A model generated the notes under the pieces. The model was not told the DNA's origin, made no database searches, and saw nothing but the letters and a program-made list of their open reading frames with translations. A stretch of 63,231 nucleotides of DNA, counting the filler, from Rhabdomonas costata (Eukaryota), in the NCBI GenBank assembly GCA_019059605.1. It is 50 parts of 50 records of this genome, joined end to end, with 100 filler letters (N's around TTAATTAATTAA, not from the genome) between each part and the next. Parts side by side here need not be neighbours in the genome. Positions count along the whole stretch, not along the records: positions 1 to 1,167 come from JAHMHO010025338.1; positions 1,268 to 2,433 come from JAHMHO010025339.1; positions 2,534 to 3,700 come from JAHMHO010025340.1; positions 3,801 to 4,980 come from JAHMHO010025341.1; positions 5,081 to 6,247 come from JAHMHO010025342.1; positions 6,348 to 7,518 come from JAHMHO010025343.1; positions 7,619 to 8,785 come from JAHMHO010025344.1; positions 8,886 to 10,052 come from JAHMHO010025345.1; 42 more parts are not named here. One strand, written 5' to 3'. This document shows, piece after piece, positions 1 through 12,721 of this stretch (position 1 is its first letter; each line of letters begins with the position of its first letter). The position numbers and the translations under genes were made by a program.

Positions 1-6
1 GGGGGT

Positions 7-149
7 TGGGAAGGCTGCCATTTGGGGTCCAGAGACTCTTGTGTGGCAGTCGTAGAGCGCAGGGAAGAGCGGGTCACAGTAAGACATTTCCACACCCATG
101 AGCTGACTCCCGCACAAGAGTCTCTGGACCCCAAATGGCAGCCTTCCCA
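7..149. repeat. Terminal fold-back inverted repeat (37-bp arms at 7-43 and 113-149), probable amplification chimera
   Basis: tgggaaggctgccatttggggtccagagactcttgtg is the exact reverse complement of 113-149 and sits at the contig start. Confidence 0.85.
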
Positions 150-1167
150 GGCAAGCCCAAGACACAAGCCAATTCCAAGAATAATGCACGCGGCACGCAG
201 AAGCCGGGGTCTGTAGGAGACAGTGGCATGGGACGCCTTCCCGATGGGCGTGGTTGGAGTGAAGGGTGACGGGCTGGTGGAGGAAGCAGAGATCCTCGAG
301 CGAAGAGAGAGCATTGTATTTGGTAAAGATAAAGGCGTGTGTGAGTGAGGACAATAAATACCTGCAAGGGACAAACAACATCTGATGAACCACCGTCTTG
401 CGAACCAGACCGTACAGTTGCCGACGTTTGTCAGTTACCTGCTGACCAATCGCTTATTTTCTGACTTGAAAGCCTCCTGTAATGACGGCGCCTCCGAAGC
501 ATCGGTCTGCGATGCTTCTGCCGTGATACACACTCGAAGCCATCCACACAGAAACAGGTGAGGTTTCTTCTGCCCCTCACAATTGAGGGGGTGCGCCTGG
601 TCCCTGAAGAGCTCATAGAAGAAATAAGTTAGTGGGCGATGCACGTGTCCGTAAGATTCCAACTAAAGGCTTTGCAGGAAGGCGATGGACATGTCGACGA
701 GTGTTTTTCCAAACGATGTCATGTATGTCAGGGGGCATTTCCACTTTGGCGAAAGGTGCTGGCACACACTTTTTGGAAGGTTTTGGAAGTCCTGTTGCTC
801 AAGAGGGTGAGCGGGTTAGGGCAAAAAAGACTGAGCCCATAACGGAAAAAAGGAATTGCCATTGACAAAACACGAGTTGCAACGAGGGATGTCGCGGTAA
901 ATGCTGATAAACCACCGTGAAGTTGTTTTGGCCGGGGTGAAAGACCAACAAGCACAGATGAAATAAAGGGGTACTCATGTACACGTTGCCCAAAAGGACC
1001 CTCCACCTGGATCATTGTCCTGAAACCTGCTGAATATGCTGCCTCAGACCAGTATAGTAACTCTGCTGAATAGTTGAATGGCGTAGGTTGGACCGTGACA
1101 CAGATCATATTTATTAGTGTCTTTTTGGCTCTCGGTGTTTTTTTCGGAGGTGGGGGACAAAACAAAC

Positions 1168-1267
1168 NNNNNNNNNNNNNNNNNNNNNNNNNNNNNNNNN
1201 NNNNNNNNNNNTTAATTAATTAANNNNNNNNNNNNNNNNNNNNNNNNNNNNNNNNNNNNNNNNNNNN
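1168..1267. other. Artificial contig spacer N44-TTAATTAATTAA-N44 (first of 49, recurring about every 1.27 kb)
   Basis: Identical N-run plus all-frame-stop linker repeats through the window and explains the ...XXXLIN ends in the ORF track. Confidence 0.99.
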
Positions 1268-1278
1268 GTTGGGGGGGG

Positions 1279-2195
1279 TGCCAAGAGAAGGGTCCGGAAT
1301 GGGCCGCGGTGAAGCTGCGGTGCGGGCACAGCCTGTGCCGACGCTGCGCCACCGCCGCGGAGGCAACCACCCGAGCTTACCTCAAGCGGTGTTTGGCGTG
1401 TGCGGTTTGTGTGTTTATGTGTGTGTGCAGTTGAAAAGTGGCCACCGAGCTATAAGCAGACTGGGCGAGCGCAGAGGGTTGGAGCTCTCTAGAACCGCGG
1501 GGTAATGCGCCATTGAGTAGTGCGGTCTAATTTGCTATCATCATGGTATCCCAAGAACCTCCGCCCTGCAGCAGAGGGGTGATTGCACCCTTGAGAAGCT
1601 GCCATGCAGCAGGGGAGCATTTGAAATCCTGCTGGAGGCAAGAGGAAAGACTTCCACAAAAACAATGCTTTGCGCACGGTTTGTGTGTGTGCAGCCTTTT
1701 CTTGATTGCTTGATTCTCTCGTTTCGACGCTCTCACCCCTCTCTTTCCTCGCGGAGGTAGTGCAATGGACGTCCCACTTACCCGCTGCAGAGACCCATGC
1801 GCAAGCAATCGCCATGTACGCAGAGTATCTTAGGCCCCGGGCCCAAGACATCATCACCACCAAATCTCCACACACACACACACACAATTGCATCGCCCTG
1901 GAATCCCCATGGAGGTTGGCGGTTTCCTTTTTGGTTTGTATGATATGCGGCTAATTTTCTTTTTTTTTTTTGGTTTCCCGTTTATTTTGTGTTTTTTGTT
2001 TCGCCCATGCAAAGGGGGCCCGTGGATGCCATTGTGGTGGGGCTCTGCCTGTGCCCGGCGTGCTCGCAGCCTTCCCTGCTCGGGCCCGACACCACAGCGG
2101 AGGGAGGGAGCGAAGGGCGGGTGGTTGCCCATGAGATGGGCCTGGCCTTCCATGTCACGGACCTGTGTGAGAACCAGCGCCGCTCTATGGTCTCG
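1279..2195 (+). CDS. RING-finger protein, partial and multi-exon
   Basis: Exon 1279-1388 encodes C..KLRCGHSLCRRC then a GT donor; a later exon (about 2014-2195) encodes LCLCPACSQP, the closing CxxC. Confidence 0.55.
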
Positions 2196-2541
2196 GTATA
2201 CGCACCCACACCCACACTCTCTTCTCGGTCACTGTGCTGTTCGATGGCATCGCCACCTGCTCTTTGGTGCAACCAAAGTCCCTTTAAAAGTATGCACGCC
2301 ACGTGGCGGAGGAGGGAGGGGGCAGCATTGTGACAATTGGCTGAGTTCCTGTTTTGTTGCTCCGGGGTTTCGGGGGATGTTTCAAACCTTGTATGGAAAT
2401 GCCATAAGTTTTGAAACATCCCCCGAAACCCCANNNNNNNNNNNNNNNNNNNNNNNNNNNNNNNNNNNNNNNNNNNNTTAATTAATTAANNNNNNNNNNN
2501 NNNNNNNNNNNNNNNNNNNNNNNNNNNNNNNNNTTGTGGTG

Positions 2542-2625
2542 GTCTAAGTTGCCCCATCCCTGCCACCCTCAACCTACGAGGGACCAGCAGAGGTTTGAGG
2601 GTGGCAGGGATGGGGCAACTTAGAC
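2542..2625. repeat. Terminal fold-back inverted repeat (arms 2542-2572 and 2595-2625)
   Basis: Perfect reverse-complement arms at the contig start. Confidence 0.85.
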
Positions 2626-4419
2626 AGCCCGGAGTCGCAGGCATTCTAAGTTTAACCTGAGAAAAATTCCGAGTTGTGTGTTGCTAACGTTTTCATCATT
2701 CCAAGGACTTTCTTCAGAAGAGCATTGAGTCCTTTCCACTCGCATCAGCCACTGGCGAAGGCGTGGAGAGATCAAAACACACATTGCGCATAGAGTGTTC
2801 CCAAGATTTGTCCAGTACCTCAAGGAAGGAGAAGATCACCGGGGACAAACATGGGAAAAGCGAGAAAGGAAAGCCCCGCAAGGTTCAAAAAACCCGCGGG
2901 GAGAACGAAGGGGTGCAGCAAAAGCACACAGCAGGAGCGTGCTCAGCCGCTAAAAAGTACGGTCTGCTCGGTTCGCAGGTAACACCATTTACACAACTTG
3001 AAGGGCATGCGCAAGAGCCGCCCTGTACCACAACAGCAACAGCCACGGCTATGGAGAACCGATGTCTCCAAAAAACACATGCACAGAAACCCACAGTGCT
3101 TCCGAAACGCAGCACAGAGTGTTCTTCCCAGACTCCCAGATTCAGAAGTGAAGGCGGGAAGAACGAACACAAAAGGGAGAGGCTCCCATGGGAAATCCCT
3201 GTTGAGCGCATAGTTATCAAGTAAACCTACAGCGCAATTGCCACGCACCCACATGAAAATGTGTGGGGGGGGATGATCGAACCGAACAGCATGTCTGGCG
3301 GGGATGGGAGTGAGGCGCAGGACGCAGTTGAGAGCAATTACATTTATCCCCCCCCCCCCCAAGATAATCAAAGGAAGTGAAATTTTACGTGGAAAACTCT
3401 CGCCAGTAAAATTCGACATCACCGTGTTATTTGTTACCTTAAGCAGATTTGTCCAGCAACGGCCCAGAAGTTCTCAACTCGCTGCGAAGCCCTGCCGCGA
3501 AGCCCTCCAAGACTTTAACACACTTGAAACGGCCATAAAATCCTGGCAGAGGTAAGAATAGATCTGAACTTGCAATGGACGATCACACCTATGTGGGTCA
3601 GAGTTCCTCTGCCGTACTTCATGTCACTCTTTCATGCTTTCTTCACATATTGCCCCCACCACCTCAAAAGTGAGCAGTGGAAAAAGTGTTACCAACCCCC
3701 NNNNNNNNNNNNNNNNNNNNNNNNNNNNNNNNNNNNNNNNNNNNTTAATTAATTAANNNNNNNNNNNNNNNNNNNNNNNNNNNNNNNNNNNNNNNNNNNN
3801 TGTTGTGGTGATCACCTCTCTCAGGCGTTCATTCTTTTCAGGGTTGGAACTAGGCAGCTCAGGCTTCCTTTCGCTCGAGCCGAACGACGCTGTACAGTCC
3901 CGCTTGGTTCTCGACCTGACCTCCTGTTCCCACTCAGTAGTCCAGGAGAAGTCGACCTGGAATTGCCCTCAGGCATGTGTTGCTGTGCAACCTTGCTGCC
4001 TGCTCCTGCGTGCTCCCTATGTCATTGTCGATGCCTTCTCTTCCCCTCTTATATCGTCGTATATCTCTGCAGGGTTGATTGTGCTCCGGAAATTCGAAAA
4101 AGTTGTGAATTGATGCTGCGCTGGTAATTGGAGACCGCAGTGTGGCTTCACGCTTCCTGAATAATATGGACGCTTGATTCCAGTTTTTTGTCCCCTCTTT
4201 AGTCTGCTAGTTGCCACTTACGGTGCAGCAGGATGAAAGACGTATTCCCACGACAGATACGTTGGGTAAAAGGTCGGCATCTCTGTGTGGTGCCATACGC
4301 TCATAATTGGGCACACTTTTTGTGCAGACGGGGCGCGTGCGTCCTCTTTTTATTTTCTGAAGTGCTTGTCTTTGCAGGGTGAAAGGTGGTGCTTCAGTTT
4401 GGTTTTGGTTTGTGCGCAG

Positions 4420-4639
4420 TGGGTATTGCCGCAGCCCATCCTGGATGGGACCACCTACCACCTGACTAGGGTGGACCTAAGCCAGCGCCCCTCTCCCCTG
4501 GCCTCATCCCCGGACGAGCCGCGACATCACTCGATCGCACCCGCCGCCACGTCCTCCCTGGAGGTGCCGTTCTACCTGCTCCCACGGGTCAGCCTCAACG
4601 TGCTCTCCAGCACACTTCTGCTGGACTCATCTTCAGCTG
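4420..4639 (+). CDS. Probable internal exon of an unknown protein
   Basis: GC3-rich open frame WVLPQPILDGTTYHLTRVDLSQ...LLLDSSSA between a CAG acceptor and a GT donor. Confidence 0.4.
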
Positions 4640-4663
4640 GTCAGTGCCTCCATGCACCAGTAC

Positions 4664-4665
<2 letters not shown>

Positions 4666-4710
<45 letters not shown>
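4666..4710. repeat. (GT)n microsatellite; similar tracts at about 7318-7348, 19955-19977, 56080-56118 and 62448-62463
   Basis: Visible dinucleotide runs, in intronic or intergenic positions. Confidence 0.95.
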
Positions 4711-4713
<3 letters not shown>

Positions 4714-5396
4714 TTTCACAATGAGCGGAAAGACGGACAGTGACACCAGATCGTTCATCTGGGCTCCAGTGTTTTATCTCAATTAATGAGTGATGGCTGT
4801 TTTATCTCAATTAATGACTGTAGCTTCATCACCTCATTATCTCTGCTCCCGCTGTGACGTTTCCTTGTGTCATTGTGTCATTAAATTTTGCAGTAGCTTC
4901 ATCACCCGTTCAAAGGAAAATGCTTCGAATTATATACTCCTGTCTTCACAGTGTGTGTTGTTCAAGTTGCCCCCAAACCCNNNNNNNNNNNNNNNNNNNN
5001 NNNNNNNNNNNNNNNNNNNNNNNNTTAATTAATTAANNNNNNNNNNNNNNNNNNNNNNNNNNNNNNNNNNNNNNNNNNNNGGTTGTTGTTATCTACCCGC
5101 CATGTCTGTTTTGTTTTTCTGGTGCCTGTGCAATTTATTGTTCTTTCTCGTATCGTATCCCGCAGCGTTTTGCTACTGTGCAGCATACGCTCATCCGTCG
5201 AACACTGACTGAGCACTCGTGTACCGGACAAAAATCAACGGCACGTGTCTCGAAGCAAAGGATGCCTTCAGAGGAACACCAAAGGCCGAGATAAAATACT
5301 CATCACATACTTTAATCTCCATTTATTTGAGTTCCACAGCCAGCAGCACCATTGCCGTGTGCTAGACGACTGTAATAGCTAAAACGGCGGAGGAAC

Positions 5397-6153
5397 CTGT
5401 GCCCCCGACCACGAGCTCCCACTCCAGGTCTGCGTCGTCCTCGTTGAATAGCTTCAGCATCATCCGGTTGGGGGTCTTGTTGGTGCCCTCCTTGATCACC
5501 ACCTTGTTCTTGAAGTCAACCACGGACTGGCTGAGCACCAGCCGGGGCTTCAGTGCTGGGGAACAGGATAGGTTGCGTGAATTCGAACAATTCTCTTGCC
5601 TTCAGGGGATTTTCCGTAACACCAGCATCTTCTGGAAGTCCCTGGACTTGCACTACTCGTCAGTAGTCGCTTTGAAATTGAAGGGCAGGAAACTCTTTCA
5701 TTGACCTTCCACAGAGGCCCGAGCCGGACAACAGAATCGTGCAGGGCAGTAATAATTTGGGATGGACTGAGAGGTTGAATCTCAAGCATTTAGAGATGAT
5801 TGCATTCCAGGATTGAAGTTATCAGAAGCTCCTCAGCCTCTCAGCCCCGCTCTGTATACCACATCTTTTTCTTGCTTCGGCTGCTTGTTGACTATGAGCG
5901 GGGGAAACGGTGAGCAGGCGCCGTGTCTGTACAAAGTTCATTTTTGGAGGAGAGAAAGGGAAAGGTTTGCGTGTGAGGGGTTCGACACCCACAGATGGAG
6001 GGACAAGCGTACCCTTGGCGACCACAGTGCGCACCAGGTTGAGGTTCCGGTCGGCCTCGTGCAGCCCTGGCATGTTGAAGCCCAGGGGGAACTCGTACTG
6101 CCCCACCGAGGTGGGGTGGAACACCAGGTACATAGACAGCGCCTTCTCCGGAG
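5397..6153 (-). CDS. CFAP47-like flagellar ASH/Ig-domain protein, two exons (6153-6013, 5555-5397)
   Basis: Splices in frame over a GTACGC...CAG intron to YLVFHPTSVGQYEFPLGFNMPG...RTVVAKALKPRLVLSQSVVDFKNKVVIKEG...LFNEDDADLEWEL, an ASH-repeat pattern recalled from CFAP47/Hydin proteins. Confidence 0.6.
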
Positions 6154-7315
6154 CTGGCTGATATTGTGGATCCAAAACCTTCGCGAGACTCCCCCTCCAG
6201 AAAAGCCAGATACGAAGTCTCGGAAGTAGACTAGACGAACAACAAACNNNNNNNNNNNNNNNNNNNNNNNNNNNNNNNNNNNNNNNNNNNNTTAATTAAT
6301 TAANNNNNNNNNNNNNNNNNNNNNNNNNNNNNNNNNNNNNNNNNNNNTGTGTTGAATGTGTTTGGTTGGGGGGGTGCTGGCATCCCGTCTGCGCCTGCAC
6401 TCCCCCCTCCCCTCCCCTTCTTCCTAGTGCTTTCTCTTTCCTACCGTGTTTGGTGGGACTGGTTTCTTACTGTCGTTGGAGCCGTACCGCCGCCTCCAGT
6501 ACCGCAGCACGTGGTGATGCGGCGGTGTAGTGTGGGAGTCGTTGGGCGGTGGGCTGCGGGACGGTTCAGCACCGCCTCTACAGCGCCGCTAGCAGCGGGA
6601 GGCGCGGAGACCCGTGCCGTGCCCGTGACGGCGGCGGTGGCTGCCGTGGAGAGGTTTGTGCGGAGGCAGGACGGTCTGCCCCTGGACCGGTGGAGCAGAT
6701 GGGTGTGCATGTGTCCCTTCCTCAAACACTTCCAATGTGTCTGTTCTCTGAGCCCTTCCTCTTCTTGAGTCACGGAAGCATAGTCTTCTGTGTATGTGTA
6801 TGTGTTTCATAATCGACCTGGATCTGAAGGTTCCGCGCAAGGCACTGGGCTGTTTGCTCTGGCTACCGCTGCCGCATTCGCGGCTGATGCAGTGTCGTAG
6901 TCTGAGGCTGCAGCTCCCAGGTTGCGCATACTCGTCGATGTTGTGACTGCCCTGTGTGGAGGGGGGTTGTTAGCAGCCCCCCTCCCCTCTTCACAGTGGT
7001 GATATATATATTTTCCCTGTAAACATTCACAACATTCACACTTTTTGTAAAGATTTATAACATCGCGAAAAAAAAAAGTGCTGCAGGGACACATGTACCA
7101 CCTCCCAACCCCCTGCGACCAAATAAACGCACCTCAGGGACTCTTTTCAAAGACTACACTGCACTAGCACCTGGGACCTTGGGCCGCTCCGCGGTAAAAT
7201 TTTCGAAATTTTTACAGCGATGCTATAAAATTTTAAAGGCGTTGCTATAAAAGGAGGGCCATTTAACAAAATTAACCGAAAAAGAACCTACAAAAAATTG
7301 TCTTGGCCAAGTGCA

Positions 7316-7350
<35 letters not shown>

Positions 7351-7620
7351 GAGGGGTTTGTGCTGCTGCTGCTGCCTCTGCTGCGGCGATTTGGCTCATG
7401 AGTATAAAATGGAGAGTTCGACTGCCCTGTCAACAGGACATGCATCAGGATCAGTCCCTCAATGCGGCGGACGAGTTTGTTTGCCGACTTCGGGTTCTCC
7501 AAAACATCCCCAAAAAACNNNNNNNNNNNNNNNNNNNNNNNNNNNNNNNNNNNNNNNNNNNNTTAATTAATTAANNNNNNNNNNNNNNNNNNNNNNNNNN
7601 NNNNNNNNNNNNNNNNNNGG

Positions 7621-8785
7621 GGTTTTTGTTATCATTATCAATTAATGAAAAATAATATTGAACCAGAAGTAAAAATATACAAATATGTAATAATAGATAA
7701 AAATAACACATCATTTGAAATTGATTTGTATAAAAATGCTGAACTTAAATATATTTCTATTAAAAAAATAGAACGTGCAATGAAAGAAGTTGCAATTGAC
7801 TGTCCTTTAAATTAAAATAAAAATATATTTAAATCCGAAATTGATAAACATAAGTCATGTATCACAATTGATAAATATAATAGAAAAGAAAGAAAAAAAT
7901 TATGTCCTGCAATATGTGATTATGTTTCATGTAATTTTACTTGTTCAGATAAGAAATTAAATTTAGAATATTATGATAAAGATAGTAATATTTATAGAAA
8001 TATATCAAAAAAAGATTTAGATTATTCGACTTTTTATGGATCATTTATTACAAATGAAATTATAAATATAAAAAATAAAATAAAAGAAATATTTTTGTTT
8101 AAATATTCATATACATTAGAAGAAATTATTGATTATGTTTCTATTATTTATAAAAATAAAAAAAATTTATTTGATAAATTTTTCGTTTTAAAAGCATTGT
8201 CTGAATTAATGCCTGTTGGTGAAAATAGTATTAATAATTTCAAAGATTATATTTATGATAAATATAATATTGCTGGTTATATTAAATTTATACATAATCA
8301 TTATGTATTTCAACCATTAACTGAACATTTAAATATTTCTATGTATTATAGAAAAGGTGAACATTTACAAGATACATTTATATCTCAATTAAATTTGAAA
8401 GATTATATAAAAATAAAATATTCATATAATGATGCAAATATAAAAGACACAGTACAACAATATTTATTCGATATAAATTATTTTTCAAATCGTGAAGAAA
8501 ATAAATATATTGGTATAATTGATAATGTTTATAACAAAAAAACAAAAGAAACAAATGATATATTTAAAATTAGAGAAAAAAGAAATACAAATATTACTAA
8601 AAAAAGAGGAATAGGTATCACGACTTTTAAAGGAACAACATGTATAACTGTACAACATAAAAAATATTTGAATGATTTAGCTACTTTTTTAAATATTAAA
8701 ATAAATAATAAATCAACAAAAGAAAGTTTATGTGATTTAATTAAAAATAAAATGATGATATTAGAAAAATATTCATCAACAAAAC
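7621..8785 (+). pseudogene. Giant-virus (Nucleocytoviricota, Mimiviridae-like) VV D6/D11-family SF2 helicase, C-terminal part, with one in-frame TAA at 7813-7815
   Basis: About 17-20% GC by line counts; intronless; one frame spans the contig: FCYH...PEVKIYKY...YKNAELKYISIKKIERAMKEVAIDCPLN*NKNIF...CPAICDYVSCNFTCSDKKLN..YYD...DYSTF...KALSELMP...NNFKDYIYDKYNIAGYI...YVFQP. Confidence 0.8.
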
Positions 8786-9772
8786 NNNNNNNNNNNNNNN
8801 NNNNNNNNNNNNNNNNNNNNNNNNNNNNNTTAATTAATTAANNNNNNNNNNNNNNNNNNNNNNNNNNNNNNNNNNNNNNNNNNNNGTCGTCGAGGCAGCC
8901 CAGCCGAAGCCTTTGATCCACCGCCAGTATGGGCGCGAAGCGCGAAGAGGAGGGAGGGAGGGGGGTCGGACTGCTGCTCCACCATACATTTTTTTGGTGT
9001 GTGCATCACACCGTTTGGGGTCCTGTGCCCCATCTCTATTGATGGGAAAGCTTCAGCTGTGTTTTTGGCCGTTTTTTTTCCTGTTCCAATTATTGTTGTC
9101 AATATGACCCGCTTTACATCAAAAGTGAGACTTTTGACATCCAGTCAAGAAGCATGTAAAGCAACAACGCACCGAAGTAAACTGGGGGAACACATGAAAG
9201 TCCGCACAGGTTGCTTTTAGTAAGCAATTCTTTTGACTGTCGATTGCCATGAGTCAGGACAAAGGGGGCCGGTGACTCGAACCAAAGACCAGCACCATAA
9301 AGCGGTTGTTTTTATCGGATGGTGAGTGGTGAGTGGTGGGTTGCAGGACGTTTGTAGTTCTGGAGGGGACGGTGGCCGGGCAAGTGGTGCGCACCCGTGA
9401 GGTACCCAAGAACCCACCCCAGGGCCGTCCCGAGTCCGCTGGGGGTGCGCTTCCTGTGGATGGAGGCATGCGCCCCCGCGGCAACGTGCCCATTTTGCAC
9501 CCTTTGCCTTTAACAATCTCGCCCATTCCATCGCCATTCCTTCAATTCCCTCGAAGACCCAGCAACGACAGAAAGCACGGTGTCTGGCGAACAAGGGGGG
9601 CTTCAGCAAGAGGATCCTGCGCTCAGGACACAATGGCAGGACCGTGATGTGACGATGGCCTTCAGGGCTTTATTTGAGCGGGCGTCACAGCCTTATCCCG
9701 GAGATGATAACGGACCTTTGTGTGAGCCCCAGAACTGGCGCCCTATATTTGCGGCTTGCGTTGCAAGGCGAG

Positions 9773-9903
9773 TAATACCCCAAAACTGAGAATTTAGTGT
9801 GACATTGTAAACAGAAGTCTTCTTAGCTTATATTTATGCCGGTGGTCCTTCGCGGCATCCTGTCATGTGTCGTGGTTAAAAACTCTTCGTTTACGGTGTA
9901 GCC
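9773..9903 (+). repeat. Interspersed repeat, copy A (second copy at 24810-24944)
   Basis: Collinear blocks taatacccc-aaa..agaa.tt, gtgacatt, ttctt.gcttat, tggtcctt.gcggcatcc and gtggttaaaaa are shared by two unrelated contigs. Confidence 0.75.
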
Positions 9904-10314
9904 AGCTATGCGAAAGTATGTGACGAACACGGAGTTTGGCTATTCTCACCAGAGGCGCGAAGCGTTTTTCGATCAGTTTACGCTGTAGCCTGCTTTTTCA
10001 CGGCTCTCTCTCTGTGTTTAGTTGAGAAAAAACAGTGAGGGCCCCCCACACCNNNNNNNNNNNNNNNNNNNNNNNNNNNNNNNNNNNNNNNNNNNNTTAA
10101 TTAATTAANNNNNNNNNNNNNNNNNNNNNNNNNNNNNNNNNNNNNNNNNNNNTAAAGCAAATCCCTACTCTACTGTGTGCAAATCCGAAGCCGGGAAGCC
10201 TCTCGGTGGAAAACCGAGCAAGACGCGCCGCCAGGGGTTCCCAGCGAAGCAGACTTCACTAAGGATCGGGATCGGAACCAACCCCGGTTGTGGTGTCTTG
10301 GGACGCCGGAGCAG

Positions 10315-10659
10315 ATGGGGAGGCCACGGAACTTCCTGAAGTGGCTGGCGTACTGGCCGTACACCACCTTCCTCGAGGACCTCGTGCTGTGCGGGATTGT
10401 CTTCGGGACCAGCGCCCTGATTTCATTGGTGCCCCCCTCCTGCCGAGATTGGGTGGCCGGCGACCCCACGCTGAACCACCCCTTTGCGGTCCATGAGGCC
10501 GTGCCCAACAACCTGCTCGTAGTTCTTTGTCTGGTGGTGCCTATGGTGACGCTGCCGGTGATACGGCTGCTGCAGTTCCGGAGCTCCGGGGTGTACATCG
10601 CCGCGATAACGCTGCTGCAGGCTCTGTCGTGGGCCGCCCTCATCACCAACGCGATCAAA
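10315..10659 (+). CDS. PAP2-family lipid phosphate phosphatase (DPP1/LPP-like), N-terminal exon
   Basis: TM segment followed by GDPTLNHPFAVHEAVP..LLVVLCLVVP...LLQALSWAALITNAIK, ending at a GT donor just before the expected K-x6-RP motif. Confidence 0.75.
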
Positions 10660-11802
10660 GTGTTTGAGGGTTTGTTCGGGGGCAGGGGCGTTCTGGAGAT
10701 TTCCACGGCGCGTTTATTTTTAAAAGAATATGGCATCCTACGGCCGCAGCGTTTTAGGGAAGGTGTACAAAAGACCTGGCCTGCTTCGGCATCCCCCTGT
10801 CAAGGTACTCCGCGACAATTAAACAATTAAAACTCGATCGGAAACACCTCTTCTTACCTCAAGCGGTATATTTTTGTTTCCAATCCCGGTTTGCCCAAGT
10901 TTGATTCAGGCTGATGTTTAGGTCTGCGGGTTTTTTCCTTCAAAAGAATATATTTGCGTTTTGGTATAAAAATCCTGCGCAAAAGAATGGTGTGGGGGGG
11001 GGGGTTGAAATGCCCGTGTCCATAGCGGTATTGCTCGTATACATCATCTCAATCATCTCACTGTTATCCGGGTTGCCACGTTGAACCCATGCCCACTCCA
11101 TGCTGTCCCATACTATTCCAAATGGCCTCCCTCTCAAATTATCGCCCATCGAAAGGCCAGTTGATGGAACAAATTAGCACAAAACGAGCTGAGAAAAGGA
11201 GAATTTTCGTGATGAAAATCGCAGGGCGGCAAGGGCAAATCCAGACACCCCCCGGTGCCGTGGATGTCCACATTTATCTATATAGAGTGTTAGATTTAGA
11301 TATATGTGGACACCCACAANNNNNNNNNNNNNNNNNNNNNNNNNNNNNNNNNNNNNNNNNNNNTTAATTAATTAANNNNNNNNNNNNNNNNNNNNNNNNN
11401 NNNNNNNNNNNNNNNNNNNGAGCGGTGGCAGGAGACGAAGTACGAAGTATTTTTGAAGGTCGTTACTTGGCCTTGTCTTGCGAGGTTTTTCGGGTTGATA
11501 TGTCTATCGCCCTCTATCTCAACAAAACTGCAGGGGGGCTCTTTGAAAGAAGGTCGTACCGTCGCCGTGTCTGCGTTGTGCGATTTTTGGTTCCAGGCTG
11601 GTGTGTGGAAACCAAGCTGCATAGAACAGAATGCATTGGCTGTGGATTCTGCCTGACGGAAGTGCTATTAAACCACCCGCCCTGTCACTCTTTTCTCATT
11701 GGCTTCTTATCCGCTAGCCGCGGAGTGCCAGGCTGGTCCCCCTTTCCCATGGTTGGTGCAAGCTTACCCAGTGGGATGTGATTTCCTCACACGTGGGGGC
11801 AG

Positions 11803-12088
11803 GCCATACCCAGAACCAGGAGTTCATCCTCTTCGCGTTCGAGCCGGCCAAGGTCACAGATGCTGACAAGACCAAGCTGCAGCGCCGCGTCGAGGAAATG
11901 GCCATTTCCTGCGGGATTTCCGTGCCCCTTGTTAATCTGCATTGGGCCAAGGAGGGTGCGGTGTTCGTCTTTGAGAGCCTTGGTCTGGCCGGGCTAGTGT
12001 TCTATCTCTCCAAGTTGGTGGTGCCCCAGCTTCAGGCACATCGTGAGGGGCTGGAGAAAGTGGTCCTGCAGCAAACGGAGGACTTTGG
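11803..12088 (+). CDS. Probable exon of an unknown protein
   Basis: GC3-rich frame HTQNQEFILFAFEPAKVTDADKTKLQRRVEEMA...QQTEDFG bounded by CAG and GTATGG. Confidence 0.45.
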
Positions 12089-12721
12089 GTATGGTGAGGG
12101 CAGCTGTCGACGTCTCAAGCTGCCTCGGCTGCGCATTGGTCCACTATCCGCATGATCCGTTGACGAAAGCATGTTAAAAGGGTCCCGGCGGATTCCGGGA
12201 TTTTGGGGGAAGGATAGGTAGTCTTCCCCGAATACGAGCATGAATCCAGATAGTCGCGAATACAAAGAGCGGTTCGCAGCAAACATTTGGGGGCCATATA
12301 CGGACAGTATAACTGATCGATAAGCCGGGTCGAAAAGCAGCTAAACATAAAACAGGGCTCTGGGGTTTTCTGTCTTGGAGTTCCTTTCCTGTGAAGCCTC
12401 TGGAAAACTTGGCAAGCAGCTTTGGCAAGAATGGGCGATCTGCTGGGTTGGCGAAATAAAGGCTTCCACGGCGAGATTTGCGGTATACATTGCAGGCATA
12501 ACTGGATGGATCACGGTACAGGACATGACCTTGAACATTTTGGTTATACTCCGGCTATCCACCCCCCCCCTCCCCGCCCACCCACANNNNNNNNNNNNNN
12601 NNNNNNNNNNNNNNNNNNNNNNNNNNNNNNTTAATTAATTAANNNNNNNNNNNNNNNNNNNNNNNNNNNNNNNNNNNNNNNNNNNNGTGTGTGTTTCGTC
12701 AAGCGGCTTCTTGCTTGTCAG

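Noticed and set aside
7813-7815. Stop-codon reassignment in the viral gene
   Set aside because: Only one TAA in about 388 AT-rich codons while CAA and TAT are used freely; a point mutation or error is more likely
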